Assembly (NCBI GenBank): GCA_965287045.1
Contig: OZ336877.1
Location: forward strand, 11,222,001 to 11,286,000
DNA length: 64,000 nt
Reading direction: 5' to 3'
Source: Carcharhinus amblyrhynchos
Taxonomy: Eukaryota
Shown here: piece by piece, positions 1 through 13,054 of the stretch
Numbering within the stretch: the stretch's first letter is position 1
How the letters are laid out: every line of letters starts with the position of its first letter
Program-made: the position numbers and the translations under genes
Notes under the pieces: generated by a model
Told to the model about the DNA's origin: nothing
Database searches by the model: none
Seen by the model: the letters and a program-made list of their open reading frames with translations, nothing else

Positions 1-182
1 AAGCCCGCCCAGCACTTAGAATGAAAATGGTATGATAGGGCCCTTAGAAATAGGTTGGAATTTTACCGGCATGCATTCCAGAGGCAGGTGAGACTCGGAG
101 ATTGGATTCTGTGTTGGGCTCCGTGGGATTCTACGAACCTTGGGCAGACATGGTGGTAAAATTTCACCCACAGAGTCTCTAT

Positions 183-489
183 TAGTGCAAAAGGAGGCCA
201 TCCTGCCCATTGAGTCTGCACCGACCACAATCCCACCCAGACCCTATTCCTGTAAACCCACATATTGCCCCCCTGCTGTTCTTCCTGACACTAGGGTCAA
301 TTTGGCATGGCCAATCAACCTAATCCACACATCTTTGGACTGTGGGAGGAAACCGGAGCACCCGGAGGAAACCCATGCAGACACGGAGAGAATGTGCAAA
401 CTCCACGCAGAGTGTCTTGAGGTCAGAATTGAACTTGGGCCCCTGGCACTGTGAGGCAACAGTGCTAACCACTGTGCCATCGTGTCACC
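183..489 (-). mobile_element. HE1-like tRNA-derived SINE (V-domain)
   Basis: Minus strand has tRNA-like head TGGCACAGTGGTTAGCACTG (A box) and a degenerate B box GTTCAATTC, followed by the V-domain-like TGCTCCGGTTTCCTCCCACAGTCCAAAGA. Homologous to at least 5 other copies in the window. Confidence 0.9.
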
Positions 490-936
490 TTAAAATGCAG
501 AGAACATAATCTCCTCCTATGCTGTATGATTCTATAAAGTTCATCATTACTTTCTTACCATTTTAAAAGAGTTATCTAATTATTCCTACTCCCCCTGTTT
601 TTCCCAATAATCCTGCATTTATTTCCTTTTCAATTATTTATCCAATTCACTTTTAAAAGTTACTATTGAATCTGCTTCACCATCCTTACGGGCAGTGATA
701 CTGATCATAGTAACTTATTCTGGGAAATATTTATTTTCATCTCTCCTCTGCTTCTTTTGCCAATGACCTTAAATCTGTGTCTTGTGGTCACTGATCAACG
801 TGCCAGTGGGAACAGGTTCTCCTTTCTCTGGAAGTTGAAAGAATTAATAAATGTGCCCAAGCTTCCAAAAATAAGATTGCGTGACACGCAAGGGTCTGTG
901 GCTTGACTGCTGCTCCCTTTGTCGTTGTCTATAAAT

Positions 937-1499
937 GAGTACTGTGTGCAGTTTTGGTCCCCTTATTTGCGAAAGGATATGTTGGCCTTGGAGGGAGTAC
1001 AGAGAAGGTTCACCAGGCTGATACCGGAGATGAGGGGGCTAGCTTACGAGGAGAGATTAAATAGACTGGGCCTGTACTCGTTGGAGTTTAGGAGGCTGAG
1101 GGGGGGATCTTGTAGTGACTTACAAGATAATGAAGGGGCTAGATAGGGTAGAGGTAGAGAGATTCTTTCCGCTTAGAAAGGAAACCGGAACTAGAGGGCA
1201 CAGTCTCAAAATAAGGGGGTCGGGGGGTGGTTTAGATCGGAGTTGAGGAGGAACTTCGTCACTCAGAGGGCGGTGAATCTTTGGAATTCTCTGCCCATTG
1301 AAGTGGTGGAGGCTACCTCGTTGAATATGTTTAAGTCACGGGTAGATAGATTTCTGATAGATAAGGGAATTAAGGGTTATGGGGAGCAGGCGGGTAAGTG
1401 GAACTGACCCACTTCAGATCAGCCATGATCTTATTGAATGGTGGGGCAGGCTCGAAGGGCTGGATGGCCTACTGCTCCGGTTTCTTATGTTCTTATGTT
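937..1499 (+). mobile_element. CR1 LINE, 5'-truncated 3' end
   Basis: Encodes EYCVQFWSPYLRKD...LEFRRLRG (CR1 ORF2 C-terminus) and ends in a TTCTTATG tandem tail. Confidence 0.93.
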
Positions 1500-2599
1500 A
1501 CTGTTGTTTTTCATCTGTTTGCATAAAGCAAACTTTATATAATTTTCAGTATAAAATATCAAAATGTAACACATTTTAGAAGTTAAAAAAATCCATAATT
1601 CTAAATACCCACGATATTCTTAATTCGTCCTAATTGCTTATAATTCATTTTTTCATAAATTGAGAATGTGAGGTATTGAGCTATTATGGACTCAACCCCT
1701 AGAGGGAGCTAAATAACCAGAGTAGACATTTGCTAGCACATTGTGAAATTTACAACAGACTGCTCCCCACCAGAAACTGGACAAGACGTTGGAAGCTCAA
1801 CACTCCTGTAGCCTGACTCTTTGCATTCCACAGATCTACACCTCTTACATCTGCTCCCCCTCTCAGCTCATGCCAGCCCATTGCTATCTTAAATTGTTTT
1901 TTTTTATCCTTCAATTAAATGTGGAAACAAGCAAATTTGGGGGATGTTGAATATTTACCATGTGTCCAGTGAAGAGCTAACTCCCACTATTTGGTGCAGC
2001 TGGTGGATAGTAGCATTTGCAGGGAGCGCTACTTGAGAAATTGTTCTGCCCATGAAGTGGGAAGTTGCTTGGATGCAGCTCGAGATAGTAATGTAAAGAG
2101 CCCCTAAATATCATTTGGCCAGCTCACATTTGTGTAGTTCTTAGTCTCCTTCCACAATAAGGTTCAAAAAGACCAATAGTGTTGATTACAGGATTAAAAC
2201 AGAACTGTGATGGTTTAATGAGAATAGGGATAATCCTGGAAGTACAGGTGAGACAATGCCTATGGGATCAATACCCTTGTTTAAAACTATGTTAACTCAA
2301 AATTACAAAGATGAACCCACAGAAGTGAACGTTTTGATTTGAGCCAAAGAGATGGCGAGGGTGCTATTTCTGGATCATTGAGAGATGCAGAAGACTGAAC
2401 ATTTCTGTAATCGAGGTGCTGTAGACTGGAGCAGTGGCTCACTTTCTTGCTCATACCAGTCGTGGCTGGTGGGCAGGGGCAGCGACTAGTGGAAGTTGTA
2501 CTGTGAAGGTGAAAAATGGTGTCAGTTGATCTCTGTTCACGAGCTCCTGCCTGCTTCGGATGAGAGCTCTGACTGCTGGGATTCATCACTGCTGGGAAA

Positions 2600-3460
2600 T
2601 TGGACCAATTGTGAATGCAGCGTTAAACGGGTTAGACCATCAACCACTTAATCTCTGAGCTCTCTCATCCCAGTCTGAGCAAAAATGGGACAACCGGAAG
2701 TGATTTTCCCAGCGCGTTCACTGACCCAGCCCAGTGGGCCGGGAGATATAAGAGGAAACCCTTTAGGGGCTTCTAGCTGGGCGCCATGGCATTAGTGTGT
2801 CTCCGGGCCCTGGATTTCTGGCATTGTCAACTGCGTGTAGGAAATAGGCACAAAGCTGATTTCCATATTTAAATGTTGATTTCCATTCCATTAGCACCTG
2901 CTCCCAACTCTCCCCACCCCACCAGGAGTGTTTTACTCCAGTGGGGTTTACGACAGCTCCACTCTAACAGGCAACTGACAACCCAACCCAAGAGTGAAGG
3001 GAGGCAATGGAGGCCCCCCAGGAGGTCAGAGGAAGAGGGAGTGCCCAAGCGGCAAAGCTGCAGTATACAAGGGGCACCTTTACTGCCCACCAGGCATCAG
3101 GCAGTGCCGAGAAGGCTGGGCCAGAGGGAGGTGGGGCCTGTGGGAGGGGGTGGTCAGTGGGGATGGGGTGTCCAGCTGCCAGTGGCAGAGGAAGGGAATG
3201 AGCTGATTGGGGCTGGTGAGGGTGTTGGGGGATGGTCAGGACATCATGAGAGAAGCTGGGATGGAGAGGTCGGTGAGATTGGGGATGGGGAGGGTGAGAG
3301 CATTGGCAGAGGTCTGTGAGGTTAGTGTTTGAGGGGGGAGGTCCATGGGCAGTGATGGGGGGGGTTGCAGGGATGGCCAGCAAATGAGCTGGCCAGCGAT
3401 TCCATCAGTGACAGATTGGCGCATGTGCAGTGGCCTACTCACACTAAGCTGCTGGTCTCT
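2600..3460. repeat. GC-rich non-autonomous DNA-transposon-like repeat (possibly Harbinger-derived)
   Basis: GC-rich, purine-skewed block resembling segments at 5340-6425, 20800-21240 and 26360-26720. No clear coding motif. Confidence 0.4.
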
Positions 3461-3469
3461 TGGCTGATA

Positions 3470-3960
3470 TTTGATTTATTATTGTCACATGTATTAGCAT
3501 ACAGTGAAAAGTATTGTTTCTTGAGTGCTATACAGATAAAGCCATTCATAGAGAAGGAAACGAGTGCAGAATGTAGTATTACAGTACAGCTAGGGTGTAG
3601 AGAAAGATCAACTTAATGCAAGATATGTCCATTCAAAAGTCTGACAACAATAGGAAAAAAGCAGTTCTTGAGTTGGTTGATATGTGACCTCAAACTTTTG
3701 TACCTTTTTCTCAATGGAAGAAGGTGGAAGAGAGTAAGTCCGTTGTGCTCGTGGTCCTTGATTATGCTGGCTGTTTTGCCGAGGCAGTGGGAAATGTAGA
3801 CAGAGTCAGTGGATGGGAGGCTGGTTTGCACAATGGATTGGGCTTCATTCACGACCCTTTGTAGTTTCTTGCTGTCTCGACCAGAGCAGGAGCCATATCG
3901 AGCTGTAATACAACCAGAAAGAATGCTTTCTATGGTGCGTCTGTAAAAGCTGGTGAGAGG
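3470..3960 (-). mobile_element. Rex1/Babar-like LINE 3' fragment
   Basis: ORF 3613-3981 encodes LTSFYRRTIESILSGCITARYGSCS...LKNCFFP and the tail contains AATAAATCAAAT. Homologous to 28610-29466. Confidence 0.85.
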
Positions 3961-4395
3961 TTGATTTTCAGCATGAATCATGCTAGGGGCATTCTGGGTG
4001 CACAGAGTGTGGGAGATTCATTTTGAAAATCCCACTAAAAAAACCAATGGGAGTTGCTCCCACTGATACGTGAATTCAGCACTTAGAATTATTTTGGGAG
4101 AATTCCAGCCACCTTCATTATGTCCAAACACAGTAGGAATCTTTGAACTTCAGTGTTAATAGTTTTGGATGGGATTCTGTTTCATATTCAAGCTGCTCTT
4201 TGTCAATCAAACTGGTAACCTCCTCGATGGCCAGTAATAATGGTGCAGACACAGTGTGAGGAAATATGCCTCGACAGTGGGACAGGATGGTGGAGGGTGC
4301 TGGTAACTGAGGAGTACCTTGAGAAGGTAGTGTTGGCTGTGACAGAGGTGGGAGGGGGAAATGGGATGGGGGCCACTTTAGTGAACATCTTATGC

Positions 4396-4900
4396 AGTGA
4401 TTGGCAAACTATTTTCCAATGTGACCCCTTTTAACACTTGAATATTAACGTTCCCCCAAACACTAACAGAAACAAAATGACAAAGCAGCATCCTAACATT
4501 TAGAATATCATTATTAAAGTCCATATATAATCATAGAATCCCTACAGTGCAGGAAAAGGCCATTCAGCCATTGAGTCTGTACTGACTCTCCAACAGAGCA
4601 CCCCTTCCAGGCTCTATCACTGTAACCCCACCTATTTACCTCACTAATACACATCTTGGGAAATTAAGGGACAATTCAGCACGGCCAATCCACCTAACCT
4701 GCAAATCTTTGGGCTGTGGGAGGAAACCACGTTCATACTCAAGGCTGGAATTAAACCCAGGTCCCTTGCACTGTGCTAACCACTGTGCCACACAAATTTT
4801 AATCCATCGTATAAACGTGGAAAACTGTATTTTAAAGGAGTTTGTAAAAATATTTCTATTTCATATGCAGGTTTTAGCTGAGCTCCCCATACACCCCTAA
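4396..4900. mobile_element. hAT (Charlie-like) non-autonomous element remnant, interrupted by a SINE
   Basis: Starts CAGTGATTGGCAAACT and aligns by eye with 17120-17370, which starts CAGGGTTTCCCAACC. Confidence 0.55.
4535..4792 (-). mobile_element. HE1-like SINE (internally deleted)
   Basis: Same head (plus strand GTGCTAACCACTGTGCCA) and tail as the 183-489 copy. Confidence 0.85.
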
Positions 4901-5189
4901 GCCTCACCCCCTCTCATCCTGCTTCCTGGCCCAGGATGGCTGCACATGCTCACTTTTGCACATTACCCAAAGTATTCAAAACCTAAAGTTTCAAACCAAA
5001 ATGTTTAAGTTTGAATGATCCTCTGAGCGCTCCAATCCGGTGCCATCTTGTGGCCAACAACAGGATTACCGCTGTGCAAATAACTTCAGAAATACAGGAC
5101 AAACATATCCTGGGAAGAAACAACAAGGGGTGAGACACATCGAGCAAAATTGTGGGACAATCTGGTTTTAAAATAACAGGATAGTTGGG

Positions 5190-5330
5190 CAGAATAAAAG
5201 CAAAACAAAAGTGGATGATGGAATCTGAAACAAAAACAGAAACTGCTTGAAAATCTTGCCAGGTCTGACAGCATCGGTGGAGAGAGAGTAAAACCTACAT
5301 TTCGAGACTAGATGACCCTTCTTCAGAGAG
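5190..5330 (-). mobile_element. Penelope-like element terminus with hammerhead core
   Basis: Minus strand reads CTGAAGA-AGGGTC-ATCTA-GTCTC-GAAA. Flank GAAAATCTTGCCAGGTCTGACAGCATC is shared with 15650 and 48240. Confidence 0.7.
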
Positions 5331-5339
5331 GACAGTTGG

Positions 5340-6425
5340 GCACCTTTGGGTAGGTGGTTAAAATTGAAATTCTCATTTGTCTTTCAGTCTAATTCCAGGA
5401 ATAGAACTTAATATAGGCAACGGGTGCTGGGTGGAAACCCAGTAGGAGCACTGGGTGACCTTTTGGGAGGTCCTGCCATTTAAGTGCCGATCAGGGACAG
5501 CAGCAGGCGTTCCCTAGGATCAAGGGCCCTGGAGGCAGAAGTCCTATCTGCCAAGATTGCTGGCCAATCAGCACCCCCTGAGGTTCTGGAATGACAAGGA
5601 GCCCAGTCATGGGTGATGATGGGAGGGAAATCGAAGGGTGGGAGATGCAGGAGGAGGGGCTTTGGAGCTAAAGTACTTTTAAATCCACCCGTTGCCCCGA
5701 TACTGAGCTCCTCAATCAGGCACCGAGCGCTCTTGAACGAGGACTCCTCAGAAGTCCACAAGTAATCCCTGACAGGGGTGAATACCGGAGTAGCAGGATG
5801 AGGCTGCAATATGAGTGTTAAATGACACATGTGAGGCCTCAGGTGAAGGTGAGGCAGGAAGTCCGTCTGTGTGATCCTTTCTGCCAAGGATTTAATCAGG
5901 ACTGGGCGGGGGGAAAGTCGTGGATATCCACCTGGCAAACTCCCCCCTGGACTAAACAACCCCTTCCATCAAGCTCACCTTGGGGCGAGCATTAAATCCT
6001 GAACCAGGGCTTTAAGGGCATCTGTGAAGCACCTGCCAGCTGGGAGTCTGATAAATACATAAATATCAGCAATAATACCCTGACCCAGTTTTAATTGCTC
6101 AGTTACACCATGCTTACTGAGTGCTAGATCTGTCACAGAAAGCGCTTGACAAATACGAGGCCCAGGGACGTAATGTTTTAAATCGTTATTTTTCATTTCC
6201 TCAAGGTCCAGGGTGACCCACTTACCTCATTACGCTGGGGTCCCCAGCCCTCCTGTGCTCAAACCGTCTCTCCTGCCCACCAACCAGTTTGTCACTCTGG
6301 ACAAGTTTAATTGGTTAAAACATGGGGATGAGAATAGGAACGAAGGCTTGTGTGGCCAAGTGAGCCTGATCCTCTCCTCGATTTTCACCCACACACCACA
6401 TTCACACGGCAGGTTAAAATTGGGA
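5340..6425. repeat. GC-rich MITE-like repeat(s)
   Basis: Carries GTTAAAATTG(GG)-type ends, with internal similarity to 20800-21240. Confidence 0.4.
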
Positions 6426-6714
6426 ATTACGTTGCTCTCGCGCTAATGTTAAACTTCAGTTGGAGATGTGCCAGTTCTTGCACAGTCATCCTCGCGACAG
6501 TGTGAGCTAAGAAACCTGCTCTCACCCTGATATCACTCGCTGGCAGTTTAACTTTAAGTGATATTTTCAAACAGATGATATTGATTCAACTGCCACCCCC
6601 GGTTTCATTTCCATTTGAGTGAAGGGAATAAAAGGTAACGTATAATCTGGAGTGTTTCACTAGATAGGGTGGGGGAGGCAGAGTCTCAGCTTTCAAAAAG
6701 AAATTGAATATACA

Positions 6715-6993
6715 GGGCAGCACAGTGGTTAGCACTACTGCCTCATTGTGCCAGGGACCTGGGTTCACTCCCAGTTTCAGGTCACTGTCTGTGTGGAGTT
6801 TGCACATTCTCCCTATATGGGTTTTCTCCCACACTGAAAAGGTGTGCGGGTTAGGTTGATTGGACATGCTAAGTGTCAGGGGGATTAGCAGGGTGAATAA
6901 GAGGGGTTACGGAATAGGGCCTGAGTGGGATTGTGGTCGATGCAGTCTTGATGGGCTGCATGGCCTCCTCCTACACTATGGATTCTGATTCTA
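6715..6993 (+). mobile_element. HE1-like SINE
   Basis: Head GGGCAGCACAGTGGTTAGCACT...GGGTTCACTCCC and CR1-like tail ending ATTCTATG. Confidence 0.9.
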
Positions 6994-7089
6994 TGAAAAT
7001 GATTTGCTTGTAGGGCTATGGACAAAAACCAAGAGGGTGAGACTATTTTAACAGCTAATTCACAGAACTGGCACTGGAAAGCTGGGTCA

Positions 7090-9050
7090 CAAAGAAACTT
7101 ACAGCACAGGAACAGCCTGTGCCGACCATGCTGCCCGACTGAACTAAAACTTCTACCCTTCCGGGCACCATATCCCTCTATTCCCATCCTATTCATGTAT
7201 TTGTCAAGACGCCCCTTAAAACTCACTATCATATCTTCCACTACCTCCCTTGGCAGCAAGTTCCAGGCATTCACCATCCTCTGTGTAAAAAACATGCCTT
7301 GTACATCTCCTTTAAACCTTGCCCCTCGCACTTTGAACCTCTGCCCCCTCATAATTGACTCTTCCACCTTGGGAAAAAGCTTCTGACTATCCACTCTGTC
7401 CATTGGCTCTCATAATCTTGTGGATTTCTATCAGGTCGCCCCTCAACCTCTGTCGTTCCAGTGAGAATGAACCAAGTTTCTCCAATCTCTCTTCATAGTT
7501 AATGCCCTCCATATCAGGCAGCATCCTGGTAAACCTTTTCTATACCCTCTCTAAAGCCTTCACATTCTTTTGGTACTGTGGTGACCAGAATTGAACACTA
7601 TATTCTAAGTGCAACCTAACAAAGGTTCTATAAAGCAGCAACATGACTTGCCAATTTTTAAACTCAGTGCCTCGGCCAATGAAGGCAAGCATGCTGTATG
7701 CCTTCTTGACTACCTTCTCCATCTACATTGCCACTTCCAGTGACCTGCATACCCGTTCACCCAGATCCCACTGCCTATCAATATTCTTAAGGGTTCTGCC
7801 ATTTATTGTATATTTCCTATGTTTATCAGACCTTCCAAAATGCATTACCTCACATTTGTCTGGATTAAACTTCATCTGCCATCTCTCCTCCCAAGCCTCC
7901 AACCTACCTATATCTAGCTGTATCCTCTGATGGTCCTCATCACTATCTGCAAATGCACCAACCTTTGTGTCATCTGCAAACTTACTAATCAAACCAGTTA
8001 CATTTTCCTCCAAATCATTTATATATATCGTCAATCATCTTTGTCACTTCCTCAAAAAACTCAATCAAGTTAGTGAGACATGACCTCCCCTTCACAAAAT
8101 CATGTTGCCTCTCATTAATACGTCCACTTATTTCCAAGTGGGAATAAATCCTGCCTCAAAGAATCCTCTCCAATGATTTCCCTACCACTGATGTAAGGCT
8201 CACCAGCCTGTAATTACCTGTATTATTTTTGCTACCCTTCTTAAACAAAGGAACAACATTGGCTATTCTCCAATCCTCTGGGACCTCCCCTATAGCAGTA
8301 AGGATACAAAGATTTCTCTCAAGGCCCCAGCAATTTCCTCCCTTGCCTCACTCAGTATTTTGGGGTAGATCCCATCAGGCCCTGGGGTCTTGTCTACCTT
8401 GACGTTTCTCAAGAACCCTAATACCTCCTCCTTTTTGATCTCAACGTGACTCAAACTATCTACACATCCTTTCCCAGATTCATCATCCACCAAGTCCTTC
8501 TCTTTGGTGATTACTCTCACAAAGTACTCATTTAATACCTCACCCATTTCCTCTGGCTTCATGCATAGATACCCTCCCCTGTCCTTGAGTGGTCCAACCC
8601 TCTCCATAGCTACCCTCTTGCTCTTTATATATGTATAAAAGCCTCAGGATTTTCCTCCATCCTGCTGGCCAACACATTTTCGTGACCCCTGTTCGCCCTC
8701 CTTCCTCCTTGCTTAAGTTTCTTTCTACTTTCTTTGTATTCCACACTTGCTTCGTGTGTCCCCATGCTCCTAGCTTTGACAAATGCTCCCTTTATCTCTT
8801 TAACTAAACTCACAATATGTCTCGTTGTCCAAGGTTCCCAAAACTTGCCACACTTATCCTTCATCCTTACAGGAATGTCCTGTTCCCGCATCCCTATCAA
8901 CTTACACTTAAAAGCTTCCCACATGTCAGATGTTGATTTGCCCTCGAACATCTGCTCCCAATCTACATTCTTCAGTTCCTGCCTAATATTGTTGTAAGTA
9001 GCCTTCCCCCAGTTTAGCACCTTCACTTGAGGACTACACTTATCAAGCCT
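7090..9050 (-). mobile_element. CR1 (HER1-like) LINE ORF2 remnant, about 2 kb, frameshifted and internally deleted
   Basis: Successive ORFs give KTPGPDGIYPK, YINDL...ISKFADDTK (RT), LEYSVQFWSP and FFTQRMVNAWN. Confidence 0.95.
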
Positions 9051-9692
9051 CTCTTGCTGCATAATTCGTTGATTCTATTTATAATGTTGGTTAAATCAAT
9101 ATTGCCGTTTTGTACAACCATTCAAAGTGACAATTACCTCCATTATCTTGGACTGGATTAAGGCTTCATTGGGCAAAGTGGCTAAGAAATTGTGTTATGT
9201 AACTCCAATAACATATTTATTCATTGACTACCAGAGCACAGTGTGTTTTGCTTATTTTGATTTTAACCTGAGGAAACAGTATGTTGTTCCTGGTGTGTAT
9301 AAACTTTATCTCATAGGGACTCATTGTCAAGTCCAAATCTCAATAATATTGAGAAATACAAGAGGGTATTATTTTGCCTGGACACACAAAATATTTATCT
9401 CAGTATCTGGCGACTCTCCATCTATCTTTGTTAAGCTAAAGCCAGCACTATAACCACTGTTAATCAGATGGTGCATAAAACTGCTTCAGAAAGGACTTAA
9501 AATTTTTGCCCAAATCCGGTCAAGCTCTGAGTAAGAAGTACTACAAGATTAATTGTTGATATATGTTCTTCTGGCATTTCTTAAGTAGTGAAAGCAATAA
9601 ATCATTTATGCATTTTTATAATAAAAACAATTCTGTAATTTGGAACAGTGTGAAAATGAGTGACACAAGAAAGAGAACCTATAAATCATATC

Positions 9693-9963
9693 TGTTCAGA
9701 GTTTTGGTCCTACTGTCTTCAACCCTAGCTGTGGAACTTGGTTCTTAGACGTACTACTGACATTCTTCAGTATCTGCTCAACACTTATTTATTAGAACTA
9801 TTTCTAAACAGGTTACAGAGTAGGCATGTAACTCTTAGGAATGATTCCAGCCTCTCGCTCTCTCGAGAGTTTAACACATAACTGATTATGGTGGTGCATC
9901 AGTGCTACATCATCTTCTATGTCACACATTAGCACCTTTCATTTGTTAACCCCTTTTACTACA
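9693..9963 (-). mobile_element. LTR-like repeat (TG...CA), related to 11700-11865
   Basis: Termini TGTT...TACA and AATAAA on the minus strand. Shares CTTGGTTCTTAGAC, GAGTTTAA, CATTAGCA and TGTTAACCCTTT blocks with 11700-11865. Confidence 0.6.
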
Positions 9964-9969
9964 AATATT

Positions 9970-10410
9970 TTGAGGAGGTGGCAGTAAGTTGCCGTCTTGA
10001 ACTGCTGCAGTCCATGTGATGAAGGTACACCCAGAGTGCAGTTAAAGAGGGAGTTCCAGAATTTTGACTTCGATACAATGAAGAACAATGATATAGTTCC
10101 AAGTCAAAATGGTGTATGCCTCGGAGGAGAACTTGCAGCTGGCGGTGTTTCCATGCATCTGATACTCATTTCCTTCTACATGAAAGAGGTTGCAGATTTG
10201 ATTTGATAGTGCTGTCCAAGGCATCTTGGTGAGTTCCTGTAAATGGTACATACATACTGCTACAACTGTGCATTGATGGTGGAGGGAGTGTATGTTTCTG
10301 GATGGATAATCAAGTACCAATCAAGTGGACTGCTTTGTCCTGGATGGATTGTTGCATTCATCGAAGCACAGTGGAGTGTATTCCATCATACTCCTGACTT
10401 CTGCCTTCAG
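9970..10410 (-). mobile_element. CR1-group (L2/Crack-like) LINE 3' fragment
   Basis: Encodes VRSMMEYTPL and is homologous to 39520-40020 and 32840-33260. Confidence 0.8.
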
Positions 10411-11699
10411 AATAGCTAGAATGCTAACAGTAGGTTTGAGAATGACTGAACTGCAAGGACTATGAAGGCTTTTCAACAAAAGACTATTCCAAAAGAGAAA
10501 ATTGTGGAGATTGGACATTTGGATCTTCTTGGACTTGAAGAGAAGATTTTGGGACACCCTGAAGAACCTATTTCTTCCCTTGAAGGAATCTGGGAAGAAG
10601 TTTCAGAAGAGAAATGATCTTTAACTTGTGAGATAATTATCACTTCTGTATCATTGACCTTTGGATTAATGAATGAAAAGGTATTGAAGATCTGGAATTC
10701 CAATTAACTTAGATGAAGAAAGTAAAAACAACCCATTTCCTGTAAGATTGTCAAGAATAGAAGAAGTGATCATTTCCAATGATATTTCGGGAGGACTGTT
10801 TACCTTCTCTAGGCAGTGGTAAGGGAGTTACACTTTGCCCTGTGAGGTTACTCCACGCGGTACAATGGGAAGAATGGCTGAGAATGCAGAGACAAGACAT
10901 CTTCTGTAATGAGACAAATTTCCTGCTGACACTCAACTTGGACATAATTGTTGTATAGAATTCTGCAGCTTCAGAAACACGAAAGATTCTGCTGCAACTT
11001 CTGTGCTGACCTTCCTCTGAAGAGATGACAACTTTCAGCTGGGGCTGAAGTATCAGCGCCAATTGACTTTCATCTTGGGAATGTACCACCTCTTTAGCAG
11101 TGTGATCCTCTATGGATTATCTGTTGGACTCGAGTAATACGTTCTCTCTGGAAGTTTATTCATGAACAACAGGGGACAAAGCGAGCAATACTAAGATCTG
11201 ATTGCCGCTCAGCCACTAGAACACAGCTGGTTCTTCTTAAAAGACAGCAGAGATGTCAGATTGTTGACCCAAAAATGGGATAGATGAATCATTCTCAAGG
11301 TCTTCATCTTCCAAGTACTGCCAGGGATTCTACCTTATCACTCTCTGAGAAGAGCCCATTCAGATCCAACAGGTCTTCATGGGGATGGTTCCCATTGTTG
11401 CAATGCTTTCTGTATCCCCTACCTTTGGCCCTATTTTGTGACGAATTTAGAGATTCATAACGACGAGTCATGATAAATCTGAGTTTGGGTCCTTCTCTCT
11501 TCAAATCTAAGGGCAAGCTCTTCTAGCTGTTTTCACCGGTTGGATCTTCTAGAGCTGCTGATGCCGCATCCCACTGTGGGTTTCCCAGAAGCAACGGGTG
11601 GGTTTAATAGGAAACCCTGCTGACAACAGCAGGACCTGAAGATCCTGCTCCAGCTGATAGCAACCTGCCCCGCTGTGAGTTGTGGGGAAAATCTTGCCT

Positions 11700-11865
11700 T
11701 AAGTGTATGACTTGGTTCTTAGACAGATTATAGACATATCTGCTTAACGCTTAGTTCTTGATACTACTTGCTCTTGAGTTTAATACATGACTGACTAGCA
11801 TCAATGGTACATCGTCAGCCACATTGTACATTAGCATATTCCATCTGTTAACCCTTTACACTGCA
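11700..11865 (-). mobile_element. Partial LTR-like repeat
   Basis: Diverged direct-repeat partner of 9693-9963. Confidence 0.5.
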
Positions 11866-12399
11866 ATATCCATACTAGTCCTACACCTGTAACTCAGTGG
11901 TATCACTCTTGCTCAGAGTCAGGAAGTGGTCATTTCAAGGTGCGTTCCACTATTTGAAGATAGAGGCCTTGATTTTTCTAGGGGTGGTGCTTGTGAAACG
12001 AATGTGGGCAGCACACCAGCTATTTCTTTTTATTTATGGAACGTGAGTGTCACTGGCAAAGCCAGCATTTCTTTGTACATGCCTAATTGATCTTGAGAAG
12101 GTAGCGATGACCCGCCTTCTTGACCACTGCAGTGCATGTGGTGTCGGTGCACCCACTGTTAGGGAGAGAGTTCCAGGATTTTAATCCAGACTGAGTGATT
12201 CAGCATCTTCCTGCACTGATCTAGTGTCAGTCACATTCTCAGTATCTAAAGTGAGGACAGGGTTAATTTGTGGCATAGAGTAAAAGCAAAGAGAGAGGAA
12301 GTAGTGATGTAGGCTGAGGTTTGTCATGCAGAATTTGGACAAATAATAAGGGGAAGAGAGAAATTCTGTATGATGCATCCTTCAGAGTTGGTGAGTCAC

Positions 12400-12825
12400 C
12401 ACAGGACCATCGGAACTCAGAGCAGAAAAAACAAATTCAGCCCTGCTCCGCCATTCATTCAGATCATGGCTTATCTCTCCCTGGTCTCAAATCCAGTTCC
12501 CCATATCCCCTTATCCCTTTTTCTATTAGAAATATATCTATCTCCTTCTTGAAACCATTCAATAATTCAGACTCCACCGTGCTATGGGGTAGTGAGTTCC
12601 ACAAATTCATTACCCTCTGCAAGAAGTAGTTCGTCCTCATCTCAGTTTTAAATCTGCCACCTTTCCCCTATGACCTCTTGTTTGAGATTGTCCAATAAGA
12701 GGAAATATTTGGCCTGTGTTTACTTTATCAATCCCTTTTAGTATTTTATATACCTCAGTCTAAACTCCAGTGAGTATAAGCCCAAACTGTTTAATCTCTC
12801 CTCATACATTGACCCTTTCATTCAT
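12400..12825 (-). mobile_element. CR1 LINE 3' fragment
   Basis: Reverse complement of the CR1 C-terminus and 3' UTR seen at 13400-13860. Confidence 0.85.
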
Positions 12826-13054
12826 GTACCATAGCTTTGACTCACCCTCTGCCCGTGATAGCGAGTATGCTCTCTTTGCATGGAGAAAGAAGGTGCATAT
12901 GCAGTCTCTTCCTTCACTGGTGTCAGCGTGCTACTGGAATCACGTGTAATTTTCTCTGCAAGAAAGCAGGGAATGTGTTAATGAGAGTTTTCTGAGGTGC
13001 TTAGAGAAAGCCTGTGATAGGTCAAATAGTTGGTTATTAATATGTGACCTCACT

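Noticed and set aside
9138-9268. Minus-strand segment with good acceptor and donor
   Set aside because: Stops in all three frames; at most a non-coding or pseudo-exon.
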